64,000 nucleotides of DNA from the NCBI GenBank assembly GCA_050950825.1, contig JBMNIH010000011.1, positions 79,163 through 143,162 of the forward strand, written 5' to 3'. The number at the start of each line of letters is the position of its first letter. Position 1 is the stretch's first letter. The position numbers were made by a program, and so were the translations under genes. The notes beneath the pieces were generated by a model. It was not told the origin of the DNA. It saw only the letters and a list, made by a program, of their open reading frames with translations, and ran no database searches. This DNA comes from Clostridia bacterium (GTDB lineage: Bacteria; Bacillota; Clostridia; JAAYHZ01). Shown here piece after piece: positions 30,461 through 42,692 of the stretch.

Positions 30461-31249
30461 CTATATCAATCTCCCTTTCCGAAAAGGCGCCGTCATAAAA
30501 CGCCAAGCGGCTTTCCCTCCGTTAAGCCAACGGATTTGAACGCCGTTTTTTGCGTTCTGCAGAATTTTCGGTACGAAGTATCGGGCTACCGTTTCCGGTC
30601 GGTCCGCCAGTATGTTAAAGATCTTTTTAAACCGTTCATCCGATATGACCTCCGACGGCTCCCCGTCGGGCGTCTTGGTTATGAAATCCGTCAGCATCAT
30701 GCCCGGGGACAACCTTCCCGCAATGACGCCGGTACCCTTTAACTCCTTCGAGAGTCCCCTCATAAAGTAGGTTAATGCGCATTTTCCGGTTCCGTAAAGG
30801 ATGGTCTTTTCTTGTATTCGGTTATCCGAGCCTAAGCCCTCCATGCTGTATATGGCACCGTAGCCTTGCTTGATCATGGCCTTCGCCGCGATTTGGGATC
30901 CGAAGATCATGCCTAAAACATTGGTGTTGATTACGCTTTTCGTATAGGCTTCTTCCGTTTCCCAAGAAAATGTATACGGCGTATTTTGCCCCGCGTTGTT
31001 GATCCATATATCGATACTTCCCCAACGCTTGCAGGATTCGTCCCAAAGATTTTGAATGCTTTTTTTGTCCTGAACGTTGCAGGGGACATAAAGGTATTTT
31101 CCTTCATAAGGGGAAAGCTCGGCTTGAGCATTCTCGGAAAGGGCCTCGCCCCTTCCCGAAAGGGTTACGTTGCACCCGTTTTTTAAGAATTCTTTTGCCA
31201 TTGAAAAACCGATACCGCGGGTGCTGCCGGTGATTACCACATTTTTCAC
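30461..31249 (-). CDS. Short-chain dehydrogenase/reductase
   Basis: TGSTRGIG, WINNAG, YGTGK. Confidence 0.9.
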   Translation of the reverse strand: MKNVVITGSTRGIGFSMAKEFLKNGCNVTLSGRGEALSENAQAELSPYEGKYLYVPCNVQDKKSIQNLWDESCKRWGSIDIWINNAGQNTPYTFSWETEEAYTKSVINTNVLGMIFGSQIAAKAMIKQGYGAIYSMEGLGSDNRIQEKTILYGTGKCALTYFMRGLSKELKGTGVIAGRLSPGMMLTDFITKTPDGEPSEVISDERFKKIFNILADRPETVARYFVPKILQNAKNGVQIRWLNGGKAAWRFMTAPFRKGRLI

Positions 31250-31275
31250 GTTGCATCCTCCTTTGGCTATGAAAA

Positions 31276-32055
31276 TTACACAATCATGCTTTTTATTCTC
31301 TCATAAGCGATATTTAAAAACCTCGATGCCGACAGGCCTTCATACAGATCGGTAAACTCCGTATTCACTTCTAACGTTAGAGGACCCGGATAATGACATG
31401 CCTTTATCTTTTTCATGACGGATTCCCAATGGACGGTACCGTCTCCCGGTAACAGGTGAAGATCTCCCGTTTCGTCGTTGTCGTGCAAATGAAGCGCAAA
31501 AAGCCTGTCACCGAAAAGGTCTAACAAATTCGCTCCTTTGGTAAAGCAATTCTCGTGGCCGCTGTCGTAGCAAAAGCCCAATCGATCCGATTGAATACGA
31601 TCAAATACGAATTGTATGTGCTCAAACCTTCTTACATTCTCCATCGCGATATTGACGTTCTTTTGCTCCGCAAGCTCCGTCAAAGCCTTGATTCTTTGAA
31701 GGCCTAGCTCCGACGGCGGCGGCGGGGTGTCTCCGCCGGTAAGATGGAGGACCGTCGTAGGGATTTGATGTACCGAGCAATAAAGGATACACTGTTTATA
31801 CCGGTTCATAATTTCCTCGGCCTGAAGGTCGTCCGTCCAAAGGAGGTTGGCATTGTCAAAGGGGGCATGGATGTTCTCCACCTCCAAGCCCAATGCCCTC
31901 GCTGCATCCGGCAAGGATTGCTTGTCCTTTTCATCGCCTTCCGGCTCATCGCCCCACCAAAGAAGCACGCTGTCAAAACCCGCTTCTTTTATCAATCGCA
32001 ATCTTTCCTTATGTTCGATCCGATATCCGAACCAATTGTGTATACCTATTTTCAC
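31276..32055 (-). CDS. Sugar phosphate isomerase/epimerase (AP endonuclease 2 TIM barrel)
   Basis: AMEN, YDSGH, LHLHDND, LTLE motifs. Confidence 0.88.
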   Translation of the reverse strand: MKIGIHNWFGYRIEHKERLRLIKEAGFDSVLLWWGDEPEGDEKDKQSLPDAARALGLEVENIHAPFDNANLLWTDDLQAEEIMNRYKQCILYCSVHQIPTTVLHLTGGDTPPPPSELGLQRIKALTELAEQKNVNIAMENVRRFEHIQFVFDRIQSDRLGFCYDSGHENCFTKGANLLDLFGDRLFALHLHDNDETGDLHLLPGDGTVHWESVMKKIKACHYPGPLTLEVNTEFTDLYEGLSASRFLNIAYERIKSMIV

Positions 32056-32084
32056 CGTATCCTTCCCTTTCCTTCGTCGTCGTT

Positions 32085-32696
32085 TTAAAAATAGAGTCGA
32101 ATTACGTCTTTCGATGATAGCATATCCCACTTTATATTCCCTAAAAGAAAATATTGCCCGTATGGAATGTATGTTTCCTTGTCTATCCGGGTTTGGTCGT
32201 CGAAGGTCAAGCCGTGCCGCTTTAGAATGGTTTCGTAAGTACCGTTATTGTATATATGGGCGTGATATACTTCGGCATAAGGAACCAGCTCGGGCTTGCT
32301 TCGCATCGTATCGGGAGATAAATCGATAAGAGAGTGGGCGATATGCCTCGGTGTATTCGGATCAAAAAACAAAGCAAAAGCCGATTTTTTCGGAAGCTCC
32401 GAAAGGACGTCTTTCGGGAAAGTGTCGTACAGAGCTTGAAATTCCGGCGGCAGTCGGTCCTTCAAAATGGCATCCTCAATGGGTCCGACCTGCAAGTGGG
32501 CGAAGGACAGATAAGACCTTACCGCCAAATCCTGATATTTCAGCAAATGAGCCACCTTGCCGAGCCCCAAATAGACGGACATTTCCTCGGGGTCGACCTT
32601 TAAGGCTTGAATGTAGCAATCCATCGCCTCTTTCAAATACCCTTGCCGCTTTAGGTCGGCACCTCGGTCCAAAAACTGCGCCAATTTATAACTCAT
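32085..32696 (-). CDS. TPR-containing hypothetical protein
   Basis: GYLKEAMDCYIQALKVDPEEMSVYLGLGKV TPR; GAGG RBS before MSYKLAQ. Confidence 0.7.
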   Translation of the reverse strand: MSYKLAQFLDRGADLKRQGYLKEAMDCYIQALKVDPEEMSVYLGLGKVAHLLKYQDLAVRSYLSFAHLQVGPIEDAILKDRLPPEFQALYDTFPKDVLSELPKKSAFALFFDPNTPRHIAHSLIDLSPDTMRSKPELVPYAEVYHAHIYNNGTYETILKRHGLTFDDQTRIDKETYIPYGQYFLLGNIKWDMLSSKDVIRLYF

Positions 32697-33254
32697 CAAA
32701 AACACCTCTTTTTTTGCTCCGTCTGTCCCACCGAATACATAGCATGTTTTCTTTCCATATCCGAAAAAACAGCGGAAATCATCATTATTTGCCGAATACA
32801 AATGAAGCGAATCGTTTTTCTCGTCTTGCCTCCCTTTAAAAAAATCCTTTGACCGATTGTCGAATCCCTTTGTTTTTTTATGATTTTTCTCCGTCGTGTT
32901 AATGGCATTGGGATAACCCCGGTATAACCGAAAGAAATAACGAAAAACCGAGGCGATGAAAAACAAAACCTCGTGTACGGGGCTTTGATATACTTGCCAA
33001 AAAACTGTAATATCTATATTCATCTTACACCAAGGGAATATAATAAGTAAACAAAAGTTTTTCCGGGTTGATGCTTTCTTTGGTATGCCGGTATTGTATG
33101 AAAAATCCCGTGCCTTTCCCTATCGTTTTTTCATACACACGTAAAATATCCTTCCTTTTAAAATTTCCCGATTAACCGCGTCCGCTTTTTTCATCCGAAC
33201 CAAAAATAACGGTAGAATATGATGGGTTTACGTGCAAATATTGAAAAATGATTG

Positions 33255-33284
33255 TTGACAAAAAGAATCAAAGAGGAATATATT
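33255..33284 (+). promoter_or_regulatory. Putative sigma-A promoter of the atp operon
   Basis: TTGACA-N18-TATATT upstream of atpB. Confidence 0.5.
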
Positions 33285-33431
33285 AATTAACATGAAAATA
33301 TACGGGTTGCTTTCGTAACGAAAAATGTACATATGCATAAGTTAACGCTAAAAAGGAAAAAATGGCGGTAATATTAAAAAAGTTGTCCGCCTTTCCTTCG
33401 CTATGAAAGAAAACGCAAGGAGGACAAAGAA

Positions 33432-34241
33432 ATGACAAAAAAGATAAACAAAACGGTTATAATCCTATGGATCTGCGTCATATTGGTTTTGTTAGCAGCG
33501 TCTTTTTTTGTTGCTCCTCCCGATAGAAGCGGCGAATCCATTAAAGAACAGATGCGGGATGCGGTACTGCATGACGTCAACAAGATTAACTTTTTGGGAA
33601 TCAAGGACGTAAACCCCGCCTTCATATCCGCCGTTGTCGTTACATCCTTTTTGCTGTTGGCCGGTGTATGTATACGCCTATTTGTCATACCGAAGTTTCA
33701 AATCATTCCCTCTAAGTTTCAGCTTTTGCTGGAGCAATTGGTAGGGTTTTTTGCAAGCTTTGCGAAGGAGAAAAGCCCTCACCGATATCGTTTTTTAAGC
33801 GCCTATATCTTCGGAGCAGGCATGTACATCTTCTTCGGGACCTTGTTCGAACTGTTCGGAATCCAAGCCGTAACCGTAAACGGCCGCTCCATTGCTCTCC
33901 CCGCTCCCTTGGCGGACATTAACGGGGCCATTGCATTGGGGTGCTTATCCTACCTCATAGTTTTATTCGGAGGATTTTTTGGAAACGGGTTCAAGGGCGT
34001 AGGCTCAGCGCTGAAGGATTTTACGATGCCTCTTTCCATGAGCTTTCGTCTGTTCGGAGCCCTTTTAAGCGGCGTATTGGTGACCGAGCTTTTGTACCAT
34101 TATATATCTTTAAGCTTCGGACTGCCCGTGGTTGCGGGCGTGCTGTTCACCCTGCTGCATGCTTTGGTTCAGACGTACGTTTTGATTATGCTGACCGCTA
34201 CTTCTTACGGAGAAGCATCCCATAAAAAAGAGAGAAAATAA
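33432..34241 (+). CDS. atpB: F0F1 ATP synthase subunit a
   Basis: PSKFQLLLE, PLADIN, SMSFRLFG (essential Arg), VQTYVLIML. Confidence 0.9.
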   Translation: MTKKINKTVIILWICVILVLLAASFFVAPPDRSGESIKEQMRDAVLHDVNKINFLGIKDVNPAFISAVVVTSFLLLAGVCIRLFVIPKFQIIPSKFQLLLEQLVGFFASFAKEKSPHRYRFLSAYIFGAGMYIFFGTLFELFGIQAVTVNGRSIALPAPLADINGAIALGCLSYLIVLFGGFFGNGFKGVGSALKDFTMPLSMSFRLFGALLSGVLVTELLYHYISLSFGLPVVAGVLFTLLHALVQTYVLIMLTATSYGEASHKKERK

Positions 34242-34275
34242 CGAGCAGGTATATGCCTGTAAGGAGGTTGTTACC

Positions 34276-34611
34276 ATGAAGATGCATAGATTTTTGCTGT
34301 TTGTTTTGGTTTTAATTTTAACGATTGGTTTTTGTACATCGGTATATGCCGCGGCGGCGGAAGATAACCCTGCCGATGCGACGGATTCTACCGGCTCGAA
34401 AGCCATTGCCGCCGCGATCGTGACCGGTATCGCCGCCGGTGCAGGCGCCATTGGCATGGGCATTTCCACGGGCAAAGCATACGAAAGCATTGCCCGCCAG
34501 CCGGACGCAGAGGACAAGATTCGCGGAAGCATGTTCCTAGGTCTCATATTCATCGAAACGGCCATTATCTACGCTTTGGTCGTAGCCATTTTGGTCATAT
34601 TCGTATTGTAA
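34276..34611 (+). CDS. atpE: F0F1 ATP synthase subunit c with N-terminal extension
   Basis: GAGAIGMG, ARQPD, FIETAIIYAL. Confidence 0.93.
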   Translation: MKMHRFLLFVLVLILTIGFCTSVYAAAAEDNPADATDSTGSKAIAAAIVTGIAAGAGAIGMGISTGKAYESIARQPDAEDKIRGSMFLGLIFIETAIIYALVVAILVIFVL

Positions 34612-34625
34612 GTGGGTGATGAAGA

Positions 34626-35105
34626 GTGAACATACCTTTGAATATCGATTTTCAGCAAATTCTTTTGCACTTATTCAACTTCTCCATACTGTCTTTCGGT
34701 TTGTATCTTTTGCTTTTCAAGCCCGTTCAAAGCTTTATGGAAAAAAGAGAGCATACCTATTTGGATATGCATCATAAGGCGGAAACGGAATTAAAAGAAG
34801 CGGAAGAATTAAAAGCGGCTTACGAAAAGCATTTGGAGACTGTGGAAGCCGAAGTCGAAGAATACAAGAAAAAAGCCATGGAGGAAGCGGAAAGAGAGGC
34901 GGACGAGCTTTTGCAAAGCACGAAGCAGCAAGCCGCCCAAATTATTATGGAAGCCAAAAAAGCGGCTCAAAAAGAGCGGGAAAAGATTTTGGAATCCGCC
35001 CAAAAGGAGATCGCATCCATGGTTATGGATGCTGCGGAAAAATTGCTTTCCTCGTCCACATCGGAAGCCTTGGATCGTTTCTTGTATTCCGTAAAGAAGG
35101 AGTAG
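34626..35105 (+). CDS. atpF: F0F1 ATP synthase subunit b
   Basis: N-terminal TM, LLFKPV...EKRE, long coiled coil. Confidence 0.88.
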   Translation: MNIPLNIDFQQILLHLFNFSILSFGLYLLLFKPVQSFMEKREHTYLDMHHKAETELKEAEELKAAYEKHLETVEAEVEEYKKKAMEEAEREADELLQSTKQQAAQIIMEAKKAAQKEREKILESAQKEIASMVMDAAEKLLSSSTSEALDRFLYSVKKE

Positions 35106-35114
35106 AAGCAAGCC

Positions 35115-36878
35115 GTGACTGAAAAAGATTTGATAACCCGAGCCCTGTTGTTTTGCGCCGACCCGCCGTCGGAGCGGCATAAAAGGCAGATCATCGACTT
35201 TTTAAAGGATAAATACCAAAGCGATATCCCTCTTTCTTGGGTTGAGGATAAAAGCATTAAAAACGGGTTTCGCTTGGAAGTGGAAAAGGACGGGCAAAAG
35301 TCGGTTTACGATTGGAGCCTAGAAGCAAGACTAAACCAGCTGAAGGAAGACCTTCGCCGTCTGTCTCCCTCCGTCGACAATATCATCCCTTTGATCAAGG
35401 AAACCATCCGAAATTGGACTCCGAAGGCGATGGAGCAGGAAATCGGAACGGTCCTTACGGTAGGAGACGGTATTGCAACGGTGAAAGGACTGCCCAATGC
35501 CTCTTACCAAGAAATCCTTCTTTTTTCTTCCGGTATACGGGGAATGGTGCAAGAGCTTAAAAATGATGAAGTAGGCTGCATTTTGTTTGACGACGGCTCA
35601 AGCATCGCCGCGGGAAGTCCCGTGAAAAGAACGGGAAGAACCGCAGGGATCCCGGTAGGGCGAGACTTTATCGGACGCGTCGTGGACGCCTTGGGAAACC
35701 CCATTGACAAAGAGGAACCCATTACGGCGGACGAGTACCGCAGCCTTGAATCCCCCGCTCCTTCCATCACCGACCGTAAACCGGTTTATCGGCCTATGGA
35801 AACCGGGATTTTGGCCATCGACTCCATGTTCCCTATCGGTCACGGACAAAGGGAGCTAATCATCGGGGACCGCCAAACCGGGAAAACGTCCCTTGCCGTG
35901 GATACCATCTTGAATCAAAAGGGAAAGGACGTCATTTGCATCTACGTGGCCATCGGGCAAAAGGCAAGCACCGTTGCCCAAACGGTCCATACCCTTCGAA
36001 GGTTCGGCGCCATGGAATATACGACGGTTATCAGCGCATCGGCAAGCGACCCCGCTCCCCTTCAATACATCGCCCCTTATTCGGGCTGTACCTTAGGGGA
36101 ATATTTTATGAACAAAGGAAGGTCGGTATTGATCATATACGACGACTTGACCAAGCATGCCGTTGCTTACCGATCCTTAAGCCTGCTTTTGGAACGATCT
36201 CCGGGTCGTGAAGCCTACCCCGGCGATATATTCTTTCTCCACTCTCGACTTTTGGAGAGGTCGGCACAGCTTTCCGACGAAAAGGGCGGCGGAAGCATGA
36301 CGGCTCTTCCCATTGTGGAAACAAAGGCGGGAGACATCTCCGCCTATATCCCCACCAACATCATTTCCATCACGGACGGCCAGATCTATTTGGAAAAGGA
36401 CTTGTTTTTCTCCGGGCAGCGCCCCGCCATCAACATCGGGCTTTCCGTATCCCGTGTAGGAAGCAACGCCCAAACCAAAGCCATGAAAGCGGCCGTTGGA
36501 TCCCTTCGCTTGGACTTAGCCCAGTTCCAAGAGATGGAGGTTTTCATGCAGTTTGCAGGGGATTTGGACGAGATGACACAAAAACAGCTTTCCTACGGCC
36601 AAGGGCTGATGTACTTATTAAGGCAGGAAAAACACGAGATTCTCACCCTTTATGAGCAGGTGATTCTTCTTACCGCCGCTTTAAACCGAGTGATGCAGGA
36701 TGTATCCCCCGAGGATGTTCCCGATTTTAAGCACGGCTTGTTGGAATATTTCGAAAAGCAAGCCTCCTATATACCCCGAGAAATCGAGAAAACCCGGGAG
36801 CTGAAGCCCGAACTAAAAGAAGAAATCGTGAACATCGCGCGAAAATATGCGAACACGGTTTGGCATAAGGCGAGGTGA
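35115..36878 (+). CDS. atpA: F0F1 ATP synthase subunit alpha with fused delta-like N-terminus
   Basis: GDGIA, GDRQTGKT, PGREAYPGD, ISITDGQI; extra N-terminal ~90 aa. Confidence 0.95.
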   Translation: MTEKDLITRALLFCADPPSERHKRQIIDFLKDKYQSDIPLSWVEDKSIKNGFRLEVEKDGQKSVYDWSLEARLNQLKEDLRRLSPSVDNIIPLIKETIRNWTPKAMEQEIGTVLTVGDGIATVKGLPNASYQEILLFSSGIRGMVQELKNDEVGCILFDDGSSIAAGSPVKRTGRTAGIPVGRDFIGRVVDALGNPIDKEEPITADEYRSLESPAPSITDRKPVYRPMETGILAIDSMFPIGHGQRELIIGDRQTGKTSLAVDTILNQKGKDVICIYVAIGQKASTVAQTVHTLRRFGAMEYTTVISASASDPAPLQYIAPYSGCTLGEYFMNKGRSVLIIYDDLTKHAVAYRSLSLLLERSPGREAYPGDIFFLHSRLLERSAQLSDEKGGGSMTALPIVETKAGDISAYIPTNIISITDGQIYLEKDLFFSGQRPAINIGLSVSRVGSNAQTKAMKAAVGSLRLDLAQFQEMEVFMQFAGDLDEMTQKQLSYGQGLMYLLRQEKHEILTLYEQVILLTAALNRVMQDVSPEDVPDFKHGLLEYFEKQASYIPREIEKTRELKPELKEEIVNIARKYANTVWHKAR

Positions 36879-36884
36879 CGGCTT

Positions 36885-39630
<2,746 letters not shown>

Positions 39631-39634
39631 AGGG

Positions 39635-40090
39635 CTACTTGTTTACGACGGCGATGCAAAAACCGTCCCAACCCTTGAGCCCCACCGTTTGGACGGCCGT
39701 TGCCGACAGGATCGGGTTTTGCGCCATATCGGATATGAATTGTCTTACTCCCTGAACTCTTTCATCCGTACTGTCCGCATTGCAAATTTCGCCGTTTCTT
39801 ACCGTATTGTCACCGATTCCGTGGCAGGCCCTTCCATGACTTCGACGATCGCATCCACGCTTGCCCGCTTGAAATTTTCTCGGGCGATTTGTGCATACCT
39901 TTTATTCGCCTCCAAAGTAATGACACGGCCTTTAGGACCTGCGGCACGGGCAAACCATAGGGTGCTGTATCCGGCCAAGGTCCCGAATTCCAATATTCTT
40001 TTTGCATTCATTAATCGGGCAATGAGGTAAAGAAGCTTCCCCTGATTGGGGGCAACTTCGTGATGAGGAAGTCCGTTAAAACAGGCCGTT
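39635..40090 (-). pseudogene. O-methyltransferase (COMT/YrrM-like) remnant with 5' loss and internal deletion
   Basis: VAPNQGKLLY...ILEFGTLAGYSTLW in one frame joined to DNTVRNG...QTVGLKGWDGF in another; the FIDADK segment is missing. Confidence 0.8.
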
Positions 40091-40183
40091 TAAACCGAAT
40101 TCCCGTATAAATTTGTCAGCTAAACGTCAAATGCACAGGAGGATCGAATCGGATTAAAACGGCCTGATTTATTGAAAAATGAT

Positions 40184-41176
40184 TTAATTGCCTTTTTTCC
40201 CGCAGCAGTTTTTGTACTTCTTTCCGCTTCCGCAGGGGCAAGGATCGTTTCTTCCTACTAAGAATTCTCGATTAAACGGAATTACGTTGGAGACTTTGCC
40301 GAAAGGTTCTTCATCATCCTCAAAGTCTTCATCGAACTCATCGTCGAATTCTTCATCCCAATATTCATCGTCTTCACCGTCCGAATCCTCGCCGAAGAAG
40401 CTAAAGAAGTCGTCGTCCAAATCGTACTCATCGTCTTCGACTCCGACCCAATCCTCCAAGCCGTAGATATCGTACTCGGAAATTACGGTAAGATCCTCGT
40501 TGTCCTTCAATTCCTCCAAGACTTCCTCTACGGGCCGCTCCAGCTGCTCTTCCACGAAGTCCAATTCGGCCAGTACTTCCATTACCTTTCCGTCATCGAC
40601 GGCTTTGACAATGTCGTTTTCCAATCCTTTCGGGTGTATTAAGCAGCAAACACTCGGAAGCTCATCCCATACGGCGCTGTAGTCCGCTTTCAGCTTTCCG
40701 TTGAAAAGGGACTTAAAGTAGAATACAAGATGTTCCCTTGTAACCTTGCCTTCGTTGAGAAGAATAAGGAGGGAATACAGCGCTTCGTCTCTTACGTATT
40801 CATCCAACGAAGAATCTTCAATAATGTTTTTTATCGGATCAAGATTGCCGTCGCAAACGGAAGCCAATATTCTTGCGTAATCGTCTGCAATGGCACTTCC
40901 AAATAATTCGATGCTTTGGTTATCCGGAAGGTAAGCAAGCTTCACCACGTATTCATACGCCTTAGACTCACGAAAGTAAGCAAGCAAATATACCGCCGGA
41001 ATTTGGATGAGACGGTCCTTCTCCTTGGCAAGCTTTTTCGCGTTGCTCAATGTATATTCCATGATTTCAAGCAGCTCCGGAATGGCTTCTTCCCTATGCT
41101 CCATGGCATACTTGACCGCCTTTGTCGGGAAATTACCGTCAAATCGTTCGAACCCCTTAAATATTTTTAAATTCAT
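40184..41176 (-). CDS. DUF1186-like protein with acidic linker and SEC-C motif
   Basis: [18 protein letters not shown]-rich tract, [18 protein letters not shown]. Confidence 0.85.
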   Translation of the reverse strand: MNLKIFKGFERFDGNFPTKAVKYAMEHREEAIPELLEIMEYTLSNAKKLAKEKDRLIQIPAVYLLAYFRESKAYEYVVKLAYLPDNQSIELFGSAIADDYARILASVCDGNLDPIKNIIEDSSLDEYVRDEALYSLLILLNEGKVTREHLVFYFKSLFNGKLKADYSAVWDELPSVCCLIHPKGLENDIVKAVDDGKVMEVLAELDFVEEQLERPVEEVLEELKDNEDLTVISEYDIYGLEDWVGVEDDEYDLDDDFFSFFGEDSDGEDDEYWDEEFDDEFDEDFEDDEEPFGKVSNVIPFNREFLVGRNDPCPCGSGKKYKNCCGKKGN

Positions 41177-41333
41177 TTTCGTTCTCCATTCTTTATCATA
41201 AAAAATACCGCAGGGCTTATTATACCTTATAGTCGCCGTTAAAAAAACACTTTTCGGCTATATGTTTACGGTTATCAAACATAACCGATTTTTTTGTCGG
41301 TTTTTGTCTAAATCTGTTTGCCGAATGAAGCCG

Positions 41334-41783
41334 TTAGAAAAACGCAAAGGGATTGGGTTCATTCGGGTCGTTATAAATTTTACAGTCTAACATCCAATCA
41401 TCAAGTTTTTCTTTTATGGTTTCATCCAATTCGAGATAGTCGTCTTCCGTTATGTGCCCTCGTTTCAACATGCATTTGTAGAACTTCTTGATGCTTGTCG
41501 CCGTACTTTTGATGGAAGCGGGGGTGGACCACACGCATTTACGTATAAAGAATTCTCCCAAATAGCCGGATATGTTCATCCAATCGGTTCCTTCCGCCAT
41601 TTCCAAAGCTTCCCATTGCAAAAGGTAGACATTGAGGTAGAACTTCACGTTTTGGTAATGCCTTCGAATCGTATTCTCCTTTAAGCCTTCCTTCGTTAAG
41701 TCCTCAATGAATTCTTTCAAGTAAACGTCGTTTTTCTTTTTAATTTCTTTCATTTTTTCATCATAATCGTCGTATTCTTCCAT
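41334..41783 (-). CDS. Stand-alone integrase SAM-like (N-terminal) domain protein
   Basis: EGLKENTIRRHYQNVKFYL and TPASIKSTATSIKKFYK resemble tyrosine-recombinase core-binding domains; no catalytic domain. Confidence 0.65.
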   Translation of the reverse strand: MEEYDDYDEKMKEIKKKNDVYLKEFIEDLTKEGLKENTIRRHYQNVKFYLNVYLLQWEALEMAEGTDWMNISGYLGEFFIRKCVWSTPASIKSTATSIKKFYKCMLKRGHITEDDYLELDETIKEKLDDWMLDCKIYNDPNEPNPFAFF

Positions 41784-41803
41784 ACAAAAAACTCTCCGTT
41801 CTT

Positions 41804-42556
41804 TTACTTATACTTTTTATTCGGCTCCGCCTTTATCGTCACTTTGCAGCCTTCGTCAAGGCGATACAAGAGTCTGCCGATATGCTCCATCGTATATCTT
41901 TTCTTCACCGATATTATGAAGATTTCGTTCCATCCGTAACTAATGGTCCCGTTGAGGTCGTCCCCGAATAACAATTCTCTTGCATGCTCGGCATCGTCTT
42001 CCAATGCATATTCAAGCCTTCGGTTGGTTTCCTTGATATCGAAATATTCGGGGTCAAAAATGCGTCCGTTTGTATCCTTTTCAGCCCACGCCAACATCTC
42101 TTTTCTTTCGGGGTGATCTTTATCCATGATAATGCGAAGGAAATCTTCATAACCTCCGACCCCTCCCGCATCCTCCGAAGGTCTGTGCCTTGCGCCGGCA
42201 AGGCATACCGGTATCGCGTTATTCTTCGTATCCTTTATTCGCTTTTCAATAACAATATCATGACACCAAGAGTCGCCGTAATCATATACGTATTCGCACT
42301 TGTCATGTAGCTTAAACAGTTCGTCAACGGTTGTTGCTCCGGAATCCATTTCCTTTATGTCTTCTCCGTACAGCTCTTCGGGAGGACAATCCTCATCGGG
42401 AACGGTAACAACGATCCGATCAAATTCGAACCTGTACCAATGATAATCAAACCAATTGAAAGCTGCTTGTATCACTTGATGCAATTGCTGAAACGTAATA
42501 TTCCCCGGAATTCTTAGCCTTCTCCAAATAAGCGGTTTTATGTCCTTAATATACAC
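41804..42556 (-). CDS. Plasmid pRiA4b ORF-3 family protein
   Basis: PLIWRRLRIP, LHQVIQAAFNW, YVYDYGDSW, PSEDAGGVGGY; start uncertain. Confidence 0.88.
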   Translation of the reverse strand: MYIKDIKPLIWRRLRIPGNITFQQLHQVIQAAFNWFDYHWYRFEFDRIVVTVPDEDCPPEELYGEDIKEMDSGATTVDELFKLHDKCEYVYDYGDSWCHDIVIEKRIKDTKNNAIPVCLAGARHRPSEDAGGVGGYEDFLRIIMDKDHPERKEMLAWAEKDTNGRIFDPEYFDIKETNRRLEYALEDDAEHARELLFGDDLNGTISYGWNEIFIISVKKRYTMEHIGRLLYRLDEGCKVTIKAEPNKKYK

Positions 42557-42692
42557 CTTGATATCATAAAAAACTTGTGAAAAATGAAGGCAAGCTAATA
42601 TTTTTAAACGTTTAGTATAATAGCAGCAGAGGAAATGTTTTTAAAAACCCGATACGATATACTAAATACCGGTGAAGGAAAGGAGGCATACC

